Source: Chlamydiales bacterium (GTDB lineage Bacteria > Chlamydiota > Chlamydiia > Chlamydiales > JBDQID01). From it: a stretch of DNA of 37,807 nucleotides. This document shows, piece after piece, positions 29,942 to 37,807 of the stretch; the stretch's first letter is position 1; every line of letters starts with the position of its first letter. Under the pieces are notes generated by a model. It made no database searches. It was given only the letters and a program-made list of their open reading frames with translations, and was not told where the DNA came from. Both the position numbers and the translations under genes were made by a program. The stretch is taken from the NCBI GenBank assembly GCA_047611865.1, contig JBLFWS010000009.1, positions 1-37,807 on the forward strand, read 5' to 3'.

Positions 29942-30692
29942 GTGCGCTTGTGATGGTATACGATAAGAGAAGTGAGAGTCCTCTTCAAGAAATGTTGCAA
30001 TCTTGCAGCTGAAAGTAACTGCGTCACCGTGAGGTGGAGAGCAACTGGAAGCGGATATTCAGGCCGTAGGATAACGAACTCGATTCGGTTCAATAACATG
30101 GCGAGTCCCTCTGTCGGACGACGAAGCCTGAAACTCAGTACTCACGATAAGCAACTATCATCGATGAGTGCATGTTATTGGGTGGTTGGAGATGGCATGA
30201 ATAGAAGGTCGTATACAGTAAGCAAGGATACCTTACTCTGAATTGTGACAGAGTAAGGAGTCAGAGCCCGCATAGTACTGAAGATACAGATTGTGTCGAA
30301 AAGTATGGAAACCAAAGCCATACCGAGGGAAGACGGGTAGGAAAGTAGATATTGAAAATATAGAAAGATGGAATCTCGGAGTGACAATATATCTAGACAA
30401 GAGATAGAGAAACAAACCAGATATACAGACAACATAAGGCAAACGAGCAACCTAAGATGTCGCTGGGAATGGGTCGAACCATCAATCTGGATAGACGATA
30501 TGTTGACAGCTCTGGAGACGGAGTGAAAGGTGTATTCTTCGCGAATTTAGGACTCTTCACAATGGAAAAAGCCAGAGTCTTAGAGCTAGCGTGCCGATCC
30601 CGATGAGGAAACTACTAACTGGAGAGCCGTATGCGTTAATAGCGCACGTGCGGTTCGGAGGGAGGGGTGGCGAAATCCATCCCTACCTCTAT
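29942..30692 (+). mobile_element. Group II intron (AGC triad, IIB-like 3' end), 751 nt, with its RT ORF internally deleted
   Basis: 5' GTGCG at 29942. Domain V GAGCCGTATGCGTTAATAGCGCACGTGCGGTTC at 30624-30656. Domain VI with unpaired A30685, 8 nt from the 3' end ...CTACCTCTAT. Removing it restores the host palindrome. Confidence 0.9.
30368..30606 (+). pseudogene. Remnant of the intron-encoded RT/maturase (N- and C-terminal ends fused)
   Basis: ATG 30368 frame gives ...RWEWVEPSIWIDDMLTALE. After a frameshift it reads GVKG joined directly to FFANLGLFTM...CRSR*. These resemble the start and end of bacterial IEPs; no RT domains (YADD) remain. Confidence 0.75.
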
Positions 30693-30964
30693 CAAAAAAG
30701 TCACTAAGTCTTTTTGTGTCGCACTTTCAGCGCTTATAATTACGTGTGGGTCTATTCCTAGCCCTGCGCTCGCTAAGGGCTCACTTCGGACTAGGCTATT
30801 GGTGCGGCGGAACTTCGTTCCTCATGAAGGCTTCGCCTACGCCACAAAACAGCCAGGTGAGTGCGCATCATTAACGGCTTGGCTCGAGTATAAAATTAGG
30901 TGAGTTACAAGCCGATTCAAAAGTAAGACAAAATGCTCCAAAATCAACGTTCCGCTATTTTAAT

Positions 30965-31930
30965 TCACGAACTAGTTCCAATTAGAGTTTTCTCAGGAAC
31001 TTCGACCTTTCCCAAAAGTAGTCCTAGTATTGCCATGCGCACGTAAACACCATTTTTTGCTTGCTTGAAGTATTTTGCTCTTGGATCAGAGTCAATTTCT
31101 GTATGGATTTCGTTGATACGTGGGAGGGGATGCATAATGCAAAGGTCCAGTTTTGCATTTCTTAGTATTTCATTGTTTACTTGGTAGCGATCTCTGACCT
31201 GTAAGTAGGTCTTTTCATCTTCAAACCTTTCTCCTTGAACTCTGGTTACATACAAAACATCTAAATCTTCGATGGCAGCTTCTAAGTCACTGACTTCGTC
31301 AACACGATGACCCTCCGATCGGAGCTTATCGACGATGTGAGCAGGCATTTTTAAGCTGGGATGGGAAATGAAAACAAAGTGTATAGGGAAGAGATTTAAA
31401 AGGCTGCACAGAGAATGAACTGTACGGCCGAATTTTAAGTCACCGAGTAGACCAATTTTAAGATTTTCGAGCTTTCCTTTTTCTCTAGAGATTGTGTAGA
31501 GATCTAGGAGGGCTTGGGATGGGTGCTGATTGGGACCATCACCTGCATTTATTACTGGTACATCTGATGTACTGGATAGTTTGTCTACTGAAAATGGGTC
31601 TGGGTGTCTTGTAACGATGATATCAGCATATCCGCTAATGACTTTTCCCATATCTTCAAGGGTCTCCCCTTTCATTGCTGAGGTGGAACCTCCACTCTCA
31701 ACTGTGATAACACTTCCTCCAAGTTTAGTCATGGCTGTTTCAAAAGAAAGCCGAGTACGGGTACTCGGCTCAAAAAACAGTGTGGCTAAGATCTTCCCCT
31801 TTAAAAGAGGAAGATCGATACCCTTGGAAATATTATCCTCAACATATTTTGATGCATTCAAAATCAGGTTTATGTCGTTAAGACCTAACTCATCTGTTGA
31901 TAAGAGATGCTGAGAATTCAATTGGGTCAC
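30965..31930 (-). CDS. pyrB: Aspartate carbamoyltransferase catalytic subunit
   Basis: FFEPSTRTRLSF, KGETLED, NAGDG..HPSQALLD, GDLKFGRTVHSL, TRVQGERF and MHPLPR. Confidence 0.95.
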   Translation of the reverse strand: MTQLNSQHLLSTDELGLNDINLILNASKYVEDNISKGIDLPLLKGKILATLFFEPSTRTRLSFETAMTKLGGSVITVESGGSTSAMKGETLEDMGKVISGYADIIVTRHPDPFSVDKLSSTSDVPVINAGDGPNQHPSQALLDLYTISREKGKLENLKIGLLGDLKFGRTVHSLCSLLNLFPIHFVFISHPSLKMPAHIVDKLRSEGHRVDEVSDLEAAIEDLDVLYVTRVQGERFEDEKTYLQVRDRYQVNNEILRNAKLDLCIMHPLPRINEIHTEIDSDPRAKYFKQAKNGVYVRMAILGLLLGKVEVPEKTLIGTSS

Positions 31931-31950
31931 GGGTAGCCTATATTGTTAAG

Positions 31951-33510
31951 TTAGACAGAAGCGAGCTCTTCTTTCTTTCTAAGTACGGAATTAACAGCCT
32001 CTTTTAATGAGCCACCATCAAGAACGAGTCTTACGATCTCAGCAGTTTCATTTCTGGCTGTATCTATCCTGTTGTCAATATCAGCGATATGGTGACTTTG
32101 ATCACTAAGTTCGCTGTACATGGCTTCGATCATTCTTTCAACTTCTACGGGAGAAGTACCGCCAAGAGAGTTGTATTTTTCAATGACCTGCTCAGGATTA
32201 AGAACTCTGTCGAGGTCCGCTTCATTTATAACAATATCCTTATCAGCAAGGAGTTCCTGGGTTCTCTTATAGTCGGTAAAGTTCTTACCTTCTTCTACAA
32301 GTTCACCGACTACGTATCCCACGATTCTGTGGCATAGTCTGAAAGGGATGTTGTGGTCACGAACCAGATAGTTTGCAAGCTCTGTAGCGGCAGCAAAGTT
32401 TTGGTTGACGAGTTCTTTTGTACGATCTTTGTTAATTTTGATAGTTTCTATCACACACTGGATGACTTGCAATGTTTCGTTAGCAAGAGCTAGAGCTTCT
32501 ACCAAAGTTGTTTTGTCTTCGTGGTAGTCTCTGTTGTATCCACTGGGAAGACCTTTGATTGTGGTAAGCATTGCCATCAAGATACCGTACATTTTTCCGG
32601 TACGTCCACGTACGAGCTCTAGAACGCCAGGGTTTTTCTTTTGAGGCATCATGGAGCTGCCCATTGCAAGGCTGTCATCAAGAACCATAGTTCTGAACTC
32701 ATGGGTGATGCCATAAATGACTTCTTCGGCAATACGTGAAAGCGTGGAGAAGAGGATAGCAAGGGAGCTGATAGTTTGAAGGTTGTAATCTCTAGCTGTT
32801 ACAGCATCTAAACAATGTTCTTGTACTTTTTCAAAACCTAGTAGACGAGTGGTCAACTTGCGGTCAATGGGAAAAGAAGTTCCAGTTAATGCACCAGCAC
32901 CTAATGGATTTGTATCTGTTACTTTATAAGACGCAGATAGTCTTTCAAGATCCCTGAGGAAGATAGCGGCATAATGAGTAAACCAGTAAGCGACTGTCAT
33001 TGGCTGTGCATGTTGGGTGTGTGTATACCCTGGCATGATAGCTGTTGTATCTTCTTTGGAACGATCCAGGAGAGCTTTGATAACTTTGGACAGAGACTTT
33101 TTTACTTCTAATAGCTTGTCGCGGGAGTAAAGCTTTGTGTCTAGAACAACCTGATCATTTCTTGATCGGCAAGTGTGCATTCTTCCACCATTTTCGATGC
33201 CGACGGTATCGATGACAAATCTTTCAACGTTCATATGAACATCTTCTTCTGCCATGCCGAGATCCCAAGTGCCTTCTGAGAAGTCTTTCTTAATTTTTTG
33301 AAGGGCTTCGAGAATCTTACGGGAGTGATCTTCTTTGATAATACCTGTATAGCCGAGCATGATGCTGTGGGCTTCACTTCCCCAAATATCCTGATAAAAC
33401 ATATTGCGGTCGACAGTTACAGATTCGCTATACTGCTTTCCAATGGGATTGGTGCCTTTCTTAAATCTACTTGCCCAAAGTTGCTGTTTGCCTAGTTCTG
33501 TATCACTCAT
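31951..33510 (-). CDS. argH: Argininosuccinate lyase
   Basis: EDVHMNVE, HTCRSRNDQV, MPGYTHTQHAQP, GSSMMPQKKNP and KGLPSGYNRD. Start placed at ATG 33510 after AAGGAG. Confidence 0.95.
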   Translation of the reverse strand: MSDTELGKQQLWASRFKKGTNPIGKQYSESVTVDRNMFYQDIWGSEAHSIMLGYTGIIKEDHSRKILEALQKIKKDFSEGTWDLGMAEEDVHMNVERFVIDTVGIENGGRMHTCRSRNDQVVLDTKLYSRDKLLEVKKSLSKVIKALLDRSKEDTTAIMPGYTHTQHAQPMTVAYWFTHYAAIFLRDLERLSASYKVTDTNPLGAGALTGTSFPIDRKLTTRLLGFEKVQEHCLDAVTARDYNLQTISSLAILFSTLSRIAEEVIYGITHEFRTMVLDDSLAMGSSMMPQKKNPGVLELVRGRTGKMYGILMAMLTTIKGLPSGYNRDYHEDKTTLVEALALANETLQVIQCVIETIKINKDRTKELVNQNFAAATELANYLVRDHNIPFRLCHRIVGYVVGELVEEGKNFTDYKRTQELLADKDIVINEADLDRVLNPEQVIEKYNSLGGTSPVEVERMIEAMYSELSDQSHHIADIDNRIDTARNETAEIVRLVLDGGSLKEAVNSVLRKKEELASV

Positions 33511-33684
33511 GGTCAACACTCCTTTTAAATATTCGTTTGAGTAGTGAAAATTTCGAGTAGTTTAGAGGGTGGTCGTAAGTATAACATTGCTTGTCGAAGC
33601 CACCCTAAAACATTACTTGCTCGATTCTAGAGATTTTTGTGTTTTTTGACTGTGTTAGAGGTCAGAAAAATACAAGGCGTCAAC

Positions 33685-34716
33685 CTACAGTAAACGTTTA
33701 ATTTCTGCAAGCTGCCTCTGGATGCCATCTTCGGGCTCTTCTTGAACATCATTGATATGCTCTATGATCTCCTTGATAGGAGCATTTCTTGCAGCATAAA
33801 AATGAAGGCTTGGAGCCCCTATTTCTCTAAGACGGATGCATTGCTCTATGCACCATTCTATACCGACTTTTCGGACGTCTTCTTTGCTGTCCTTGAACTT
33901 TTCCACACGTGAACGAAGCTCAGGGGGTAATCTACAGGAGAATATTTTTGGAAGAGCATCCAGATGTCGGTAAATTGTTAAAGGTTTTATACCAGGAATA
34001 ATAGGTTGTTTGATTCCTTTTGCTTCAGCTAAATCCAGAAACTTTTCATATAAATCGCAATCGAAAAACATCTGGCTAATGAAGTAGTCGGCACCTTGGT
34101 CGGCTTTCTTTTTTAACCACTCCAAGTCGATATTATCCGTACCTCTATCGGGATGTCCCTCAGGATAACATGCCGCCCCCACTTCAAAATCCATGGGTTT
34201 TCCTGTGAGGACACCACAGTACTTTCCTTCTCTGAGTTGAACGATTTGGTTGATCAACTCATAAGCAAAGTGATGGCCACCAGGCGATTGTTTGAAAGGG
34301 AGAATGTTTCCACAAGGTTCCCTAGAGCCGTCCCCGCGTAAAGCAAGGACATTGGTGACTCCAAGACAAGCAAGCTCATGGAGGAAATCTTCCGTATCAT
34401 AACGAGAGAATCCTGTACAGATTAGGTGAGGTACAGGAAATATCTTATATTTTGCATAGCGTTCAAGAATAGCTCCAGCCATTCCGGAAGTTCCTGGGTG
34501 GAGCCTCTGGTATAAGGCAAAGCGATCCCCCTCAGACTCTACATAATCGACAATTCTGGGTGAATGGTAAGTGATATCAATGAACTTGATCCCCAGCTTG
34601 GCCAGGGGATCGAGTGTTTTAAAGATATCTTCTCTCGTATAGCCTATTTTTGGAGGCTCTATTTCAATGGAGATGGTTTTACCATCTCCATTTTTAAGGC
34701 AGTTGAGGACGCTCAT
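33685..34716 (-). CDS. metF: Methylenetetrahydrofolate reductase
   Basis: SIEIEPPK, VPHLIC, LALRGD, AACYPEGHP, GADYFISQMFFD, PIIPGIKP and LHFY. ATG 34716 abuts the upstream stop. Confidence 0.9.
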   Translation of the reverse strand: MSVLNCLKNGDGKTISIEIEPPKIGYTREDIFKTLDPLAKLGIKFIDITYHSPRIVDYVESEGDRFALYQRLHPGTSGMAGAILERYAKYKIFPVPHLICTGFSRYDTEDFLHELACLGVTNVLALRGDGSREPCGNILPFKQSPGGHHFAYELINQIVQLREGKYCGVLTGKPMDFEVGAACYPEGHPDRGTDNIDLEWLKKKADQGADYFISQMFFDCDLYEKFLDLAEAKGIKQPIIPGIKPLTIYRHLDALPKIFSCRLPPELRSRVEKFKDSKEDVRKVGIEWCIEQCIRLREIGAPSLHFYAARNAPIKEIIEHINDVQEEPEDGIQRQLAEIKRLL

Positions 34717-34717
34717 C

Positions 34718-35923
34718 TTACCCTCGGCGTGCGAGTTCAGCACCTTTGACTAACAGATCGAAAATATCCACAGTTCTCTGGAGAGAGACTTGTCTTAAAC
34801 CGCAATCTGGAGCCACATATATCAGGGAAGGATCTTTAAGAATTTCAGCTGATAAGAGAATACGGTCTCTTACTTCTTCTGGAGTTTCTAAAAGACCTTT
34901 AGTTTGCCTCTCGAGAGTGATATCCACAACTCCAACACCGAGCTCGAATTTTCTTTCGGGATGATATTTAGCGAAAACATTAAGGTCTTCTCGGTACTGG
35001 TCTCCGTTAGCGAGCTCCAAAGAGAAGTGGTTGACGTTTTCATTCAATTTAAGGACATGAGGAAAAAGTAACTCATAGCCACTCTTATCGATAAGAGAAA
35101 CTCTTTTGGGATAACAGATATGGAGGCTGAATTTAATGTTATCGAAGCCTTCTGTAACCGCATTGATGCCATCTACCATGATCGGGAGGTGCAGTAGATC
35201 AATAGTGGCAGAAGGAATATCGAGCTGAATGAAATTCGCTCCGATTTCTACCAATGCTTCTACTTGTGGTCTGATGACATTTTTAGCAATGGCTAAAGTC
35301 AATGCACGCTTTGATTCATAACGAAGTTTTTGAGGATCTTGATCAAATTCTTTTTTGTATTTTTCAATAAAAAAGCGGTTACCGGTCATGTTGGCGATCA
35401 TGTATGGATCGTCAAGAGGTACCTTGATCGTAGTTTTTGCGTTTTGTTTGACAAATTCCAACTCCTTAACTTCAGGCATATTTGCCTTATCTAAATTGAG
35501 TTGAGGGGTGTCAGAACAAATGGATGCGAGCCAGCTATCGGGTCCTCGGGAGCGAAGCATTTCGGGATAATCTTCGAAGCCTTCGACTTGTTTTGCACAG
35601 TGGCGGTACATTTCTGATCGTCTGGCTTCTCCGTCGTAAACGTAGTCCAAGCCTGTGGCTTCCTGGAGCTTTAGGTTTAGAAGAGCATTAAAGTCAGCTA
35701 CTTGTTTTCTTTCTTCGGGGGTAAGCTTACGCTTGTCTTTTCTTTGACCGAGGAGGAGTTGTACTACATCCTTACTATCAATTTGAGCTCTGCTAGCAAA
35801 GGTCTTTACTTGTTCCAGATCATCATCAGAAACAGGATTATCAGCATTTCCTTGAAAGGCTTTGACTCGTGCATGTAACTTGGGCATGCTGCCGACTTCA
35901 TATACAGGGAACAGTTTAGACAT
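34718..35923 (-). CDS. Cobalamin-independent methionine synthase, catalytic (Zn-binding) half
   Basis: EVGSMPK, DGEARR, Zn ligands HIC, ELAN and APDCGLR. ATG 35923 overlaps the upstream stop. Confidence 0.85.
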   Translation of the reverse strand: MSKLFPVYEVGSMPKLHARVKAFQGNADNPVSDDDLEQVKTFASRAQIDSKDVVQLLLGQRKDKRKLTPEERKQVADFNALLNLKLQEATGLDYVYDGEARRSEMYRHCAKQVEGFEDYPEMLRSRGPDSWLASICSDTPQLNLDKANMPEVKELEFVKQNAKTTIKVPLDDPYMIANMTGNRFFIEKYKKEFDQDPQKLRYESKRALTLAIAKNVIRPQVEALVEIGANFIQLDIPSATIDLLHLPIMVDGINAVTEGFDNIKFSLHICYPKRVSLIDKSGYELLFPHVLKLNENVNHFSLELANGDQYREDLNVFAKYHPERKFELGVGVVDITLERQTKGLLETPEEVRDRILLSAEILKDPSLIYVAPDCGLRQVSLQRTVDIFDLLVKGAELARRG

Positions 35924-36896
35924 TTTTTTCAAAGCCTCTCTTTACTTCTTCTAATATTGACAATTTATCATGACCCAAAGTCCACCCGATGAATTCAAGG
36001 CCTGTATTTGGAGTTAGCCATATTTGCTTGGCATCAGTATTGTCTGAAACTTTTTGGAGTTTCTGAATGATATCTTTAGGATCTTCCATGGCCGGTGTTC
36101 TTGAGTTAATCAGGCCGAGGGCGATTTCTTTTCCAGAAAACTTGTGTTTCAGAATATCACTCATGCGAGTCTCTGTGCAGTCAATGCCTATGCAATCTAC
36201 AGGGAGTTCTTCGAAGACTGATAGAAGAGGGCCGGCATCTCCAAAATAGGTGTGAAGGCTTATGGTGGCGCCTTGGATTTTACCTATTTCGTTTATGCCT
36301 TCTTTGAGAAGTTCAATATCTTCTTTTTTGACAGAGTCCAGAGATTGTTTCATAACAATTGTTGGTTCGTCAAATTGGATACGGGTGAAGCCTTTTTTAA
36401 CGAGATTTTTAGCTTCTTCACGTAATAATTTTGCTAAGTCTCTGATAGCCTCTGAATCATTTTGGTATCCTGACACATCCGATAGCTTCAGCAGCGTATA
36501 GGGTGAGGGAAGGATAGCCATAGCGGATTTATTTTGAATGAGACGGTTACTGTGTATGTATTTTTCAAGGAAGCTACCTACTTTATCTTTCAGAGGCCCT
36601 TGAATTTGAGGTCTTATATAAAAGACATTATTGTTAAACCAATTTTCTTGTGGACCAGAACTTACTCCCTCAACATTTTCTGTGATAGGTTGTAGTAAGT
36701 CATAAAAGCTATATTGTGGGTCAACAATAAAGGAAAATCCTTTGTTTTCCTGAGTCTCTATTAGAGACAAACTGTCTTGCTCAATTTGTTCGAGGACTGC
36801 TTGATGTGTGCCACGTCCTCTTTTCGCTTCGTTGCGAGCCTTGTAGAGCTTTTTGGAAGTTCCACAAGCTCCTGTTATGTAAACCCCTAGTTTCAC
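35916..36896 (-). CDS. MetE N-terminal-like (non-catalytic) half of a split methionine synthase
   Basis: WFNNNVFYIRPQI, LPSPYTL, IQFDEP, LHTYFGD, GLINSRTPAME and PNTGLEF. The Zn cysteines are absent. GTG start with AGGTG RBS. Confidence 0.8.
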   Translation of the reverse strand: MKLGVYITGACGTSKKLYKARNEAKRGRGTHQAVLEQIEQDSLSLIETQENKGFSFIVDPQYSFYDLLQPITENVEGVSSGPQENWFNNNVFYIRPQIQGPLKDKVGSFLEKYIHSNRLIQNKSAMAILPSPYTLLKLSDVSGYQNDSEAIRDLAKLLREEAKNLVKKGFTRIQFDEPTIVMKQSLDSVKKEDIELLKEGINEIGKIQGATISLHTYFGDAGPLLSVFEELPVDCIGIDCTETRMSDILKHKFSGKEIALGLINSRTPAMEDPKDIIQKLQKVSDNTDAKQIWLTPNTGLEFIGWTLGHDKLSILEEVKRGFEKNV

Positions 36897-37320
36897 GGTT
36901 TCACCTTTTGTGTAGATTTATGCCGGCCTTTATCCCTTTAAGGATCGTGGGACGACAGAGGTCAGTAAAATTTTAATAGTTTGGACACTAACATGTTCGG
37001 GAATAATGCTGTATTAAAATTTGGATTTTTCTAAGCTTGGAGACTGGTAAAAATAATTAGTGGTTTTTTGTGGGTTTTGACTCTCTTTCTTCAACAAGTC
37101 AAGCTTAGGAGGATTATACGGAAAAGGAAGAAGATAAAACGCTACTCATCGTAGGTTACGATCTTGTCTTTTGATTGAGAATTGGAGATGGTTCAGAAGG
37201 AGGATTTTTTAGGTAACAAAAAGGGTTGTGGGATCATGCCGTTAGAATATGTCTAATTGCCAAAATTGCGAAGGCTAAATCGAGAAAAGTAAAGCTATGC
37301 TTAAGCTACCTGTTCTTGAA

Positions 37321-37604
37321 GTATTGGAGAGGTGCCACTACCGCGGAACGAAATGTGTATCGTTCATCCCCTGAGCTAGAGCACAGGGCTATTTGGAGAC
37401 AGAGCCACTACCGTGGCTATTAGGAGTTATCCATAGCCGGCTTATTCAAATTAGCTAATAATGGGATAATTTTATTTCTTTGTTGGACAGGGTGTATAGG
37501 TGATTTCTTCTTAAGGCCACGGTAGTGGTCTTCCCTCTTGATATCCCCGTGCTTTAGCTCGGGGATAGGAAAAAAAGATTCTGTGCCACGGTAGGGTACA
37601 ATAC
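37321..37604. repeat. REP-like inverted-repeat element built from three paired motifs
   Basis: CCACTACCG(C/T)GG twice and ATCCCCTGAGCTAGAGCACAGGGCTAT on the left, mirrored by GCCACGGTAGTGG, ATATCCCCGTGCTTTAGCTCGGGGAT and GCCACGGTAGGG on the right. Confidence 0.75.
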
Positions 37605-37607
37605 ACC

Positions 37608-37807
37608 CACATAGGTTACAAAAAGCTCACTCACATAGGTAACACTATTCACTCACATGGGTAACACTTAAACTTATTTTAAAAATTTGTGATGCTTTTG
37701 GAATTAGCAGAAAAACAGGCCATAAATGGTTAAAGCGATATCAAGAAGGCGGGAAAACCCAGCTCTTAGACAGGAGCAGAAGACCGCTGGCTCGACCTGG
37801 AGACACC
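37608..37807 (+). mobile_element. IS481-family element remnant: left-end repeats plus a 5'-truncated transposase HTH, running off the window
   Basis: Three CACAT(A/G)GGT(T/A)ACA repeats at 37608, 37632 and 37654. The frame from 37685 reads ICDAFGISRKTGHKWLKRYQEGG...DRSRRP, with no in-frame ATG close upstream. Confidence 0.75.

Larger units (their letters stand above)
29808..30849. repeat. Long palindromic (REPIN/MITE-like) element, ~140-bp arms, interrupted by a group II intron
   Basis: Left arm 29808-29941 (+30693-30698) is the near-perfect reverse complement of 30711-30849, e.g. CGAAGCCTTCATGAGGAACGAAGTTCCGC, AATAGCCTAGT(T/C)CGAAGTGAGCCCTT and AGCGCTGAAAGTGCGACA. Confidence 0.9.

Noticed and set aside
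29896..30903. Short ORFs 29896-30099, 29972-30241, 30175-30450, 30233-30442 and 30667-30903
   Set aside because: They lie in intron RNA or palindrome arms and have no protein-like features.
30965..31930. Ornithine carbamoyltransferase (suggested by adjacency to argH)
   Set aside because: It has ATCase motifs (TRVQxER, HPLPR) and lacks the OTCase SMG and HCLP motifs.
36897..37225. Canonical SAM-I, SAM-II or cobalamin riboswitch ahead of the met genes
   Set aside because: The conserved cores were not found by eye. Only a small unassigned structure is reported.
37226..37423. 65-aa ORF
   Set aside because: It runs through the REP-like repeat arm and has no recognisable protein features.
37608..37666. 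Three spaced direct repeats as a CRISPR array
   Set aside because: The repeats are 13 bp with ~10-bp spacers and no cas genes, and they precede an IS481-type HTH, so they are IS end repeats.

Overview
A 37.8 kb window that looks like an environmental Chlamydiota genome. This is inferred from the hemN-hemE-tkt-alaS-mfd neighbourhood and from chlamydia-type hypothetical and metallophosphoesterase genes. The left ~14 kb is core genome, interrupted by one Maf-like/CgeB-type glycosyltransferase with a good sigma54 promoter match. From 14.3 kb to 36.9 kb lies a nitrogen/C1 biosynthetic island unusual for chlamydiae: carA-carB (CAD/Bacteroidota-like CPS), a urea carboxylase with the urea-type Asn, an MFS transporter with a long effector-like N-terminus, a cupin, a yahEFG/allHFG-type carbamoyltransferase trio, and a convergent split-metE, metF, argH, pyrB unit. 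No allophanate hydrolase, carbamate kinase, CgdAB or guanidine riboswitch is visible in the window. This suggests a possibly undescribed urea -> allophanate -> carbamoyl phosphate route (hypothesis). The non-coding DNA holds a 751-nt group II intron with its RT gene deleted, inserted near the apex of a ~290-bp palindromic element. It also holds a 203-bp MITE with 9-bp flanking repeats, a REP-like inverted-repeat element and the left end of an IS481-family remnant.
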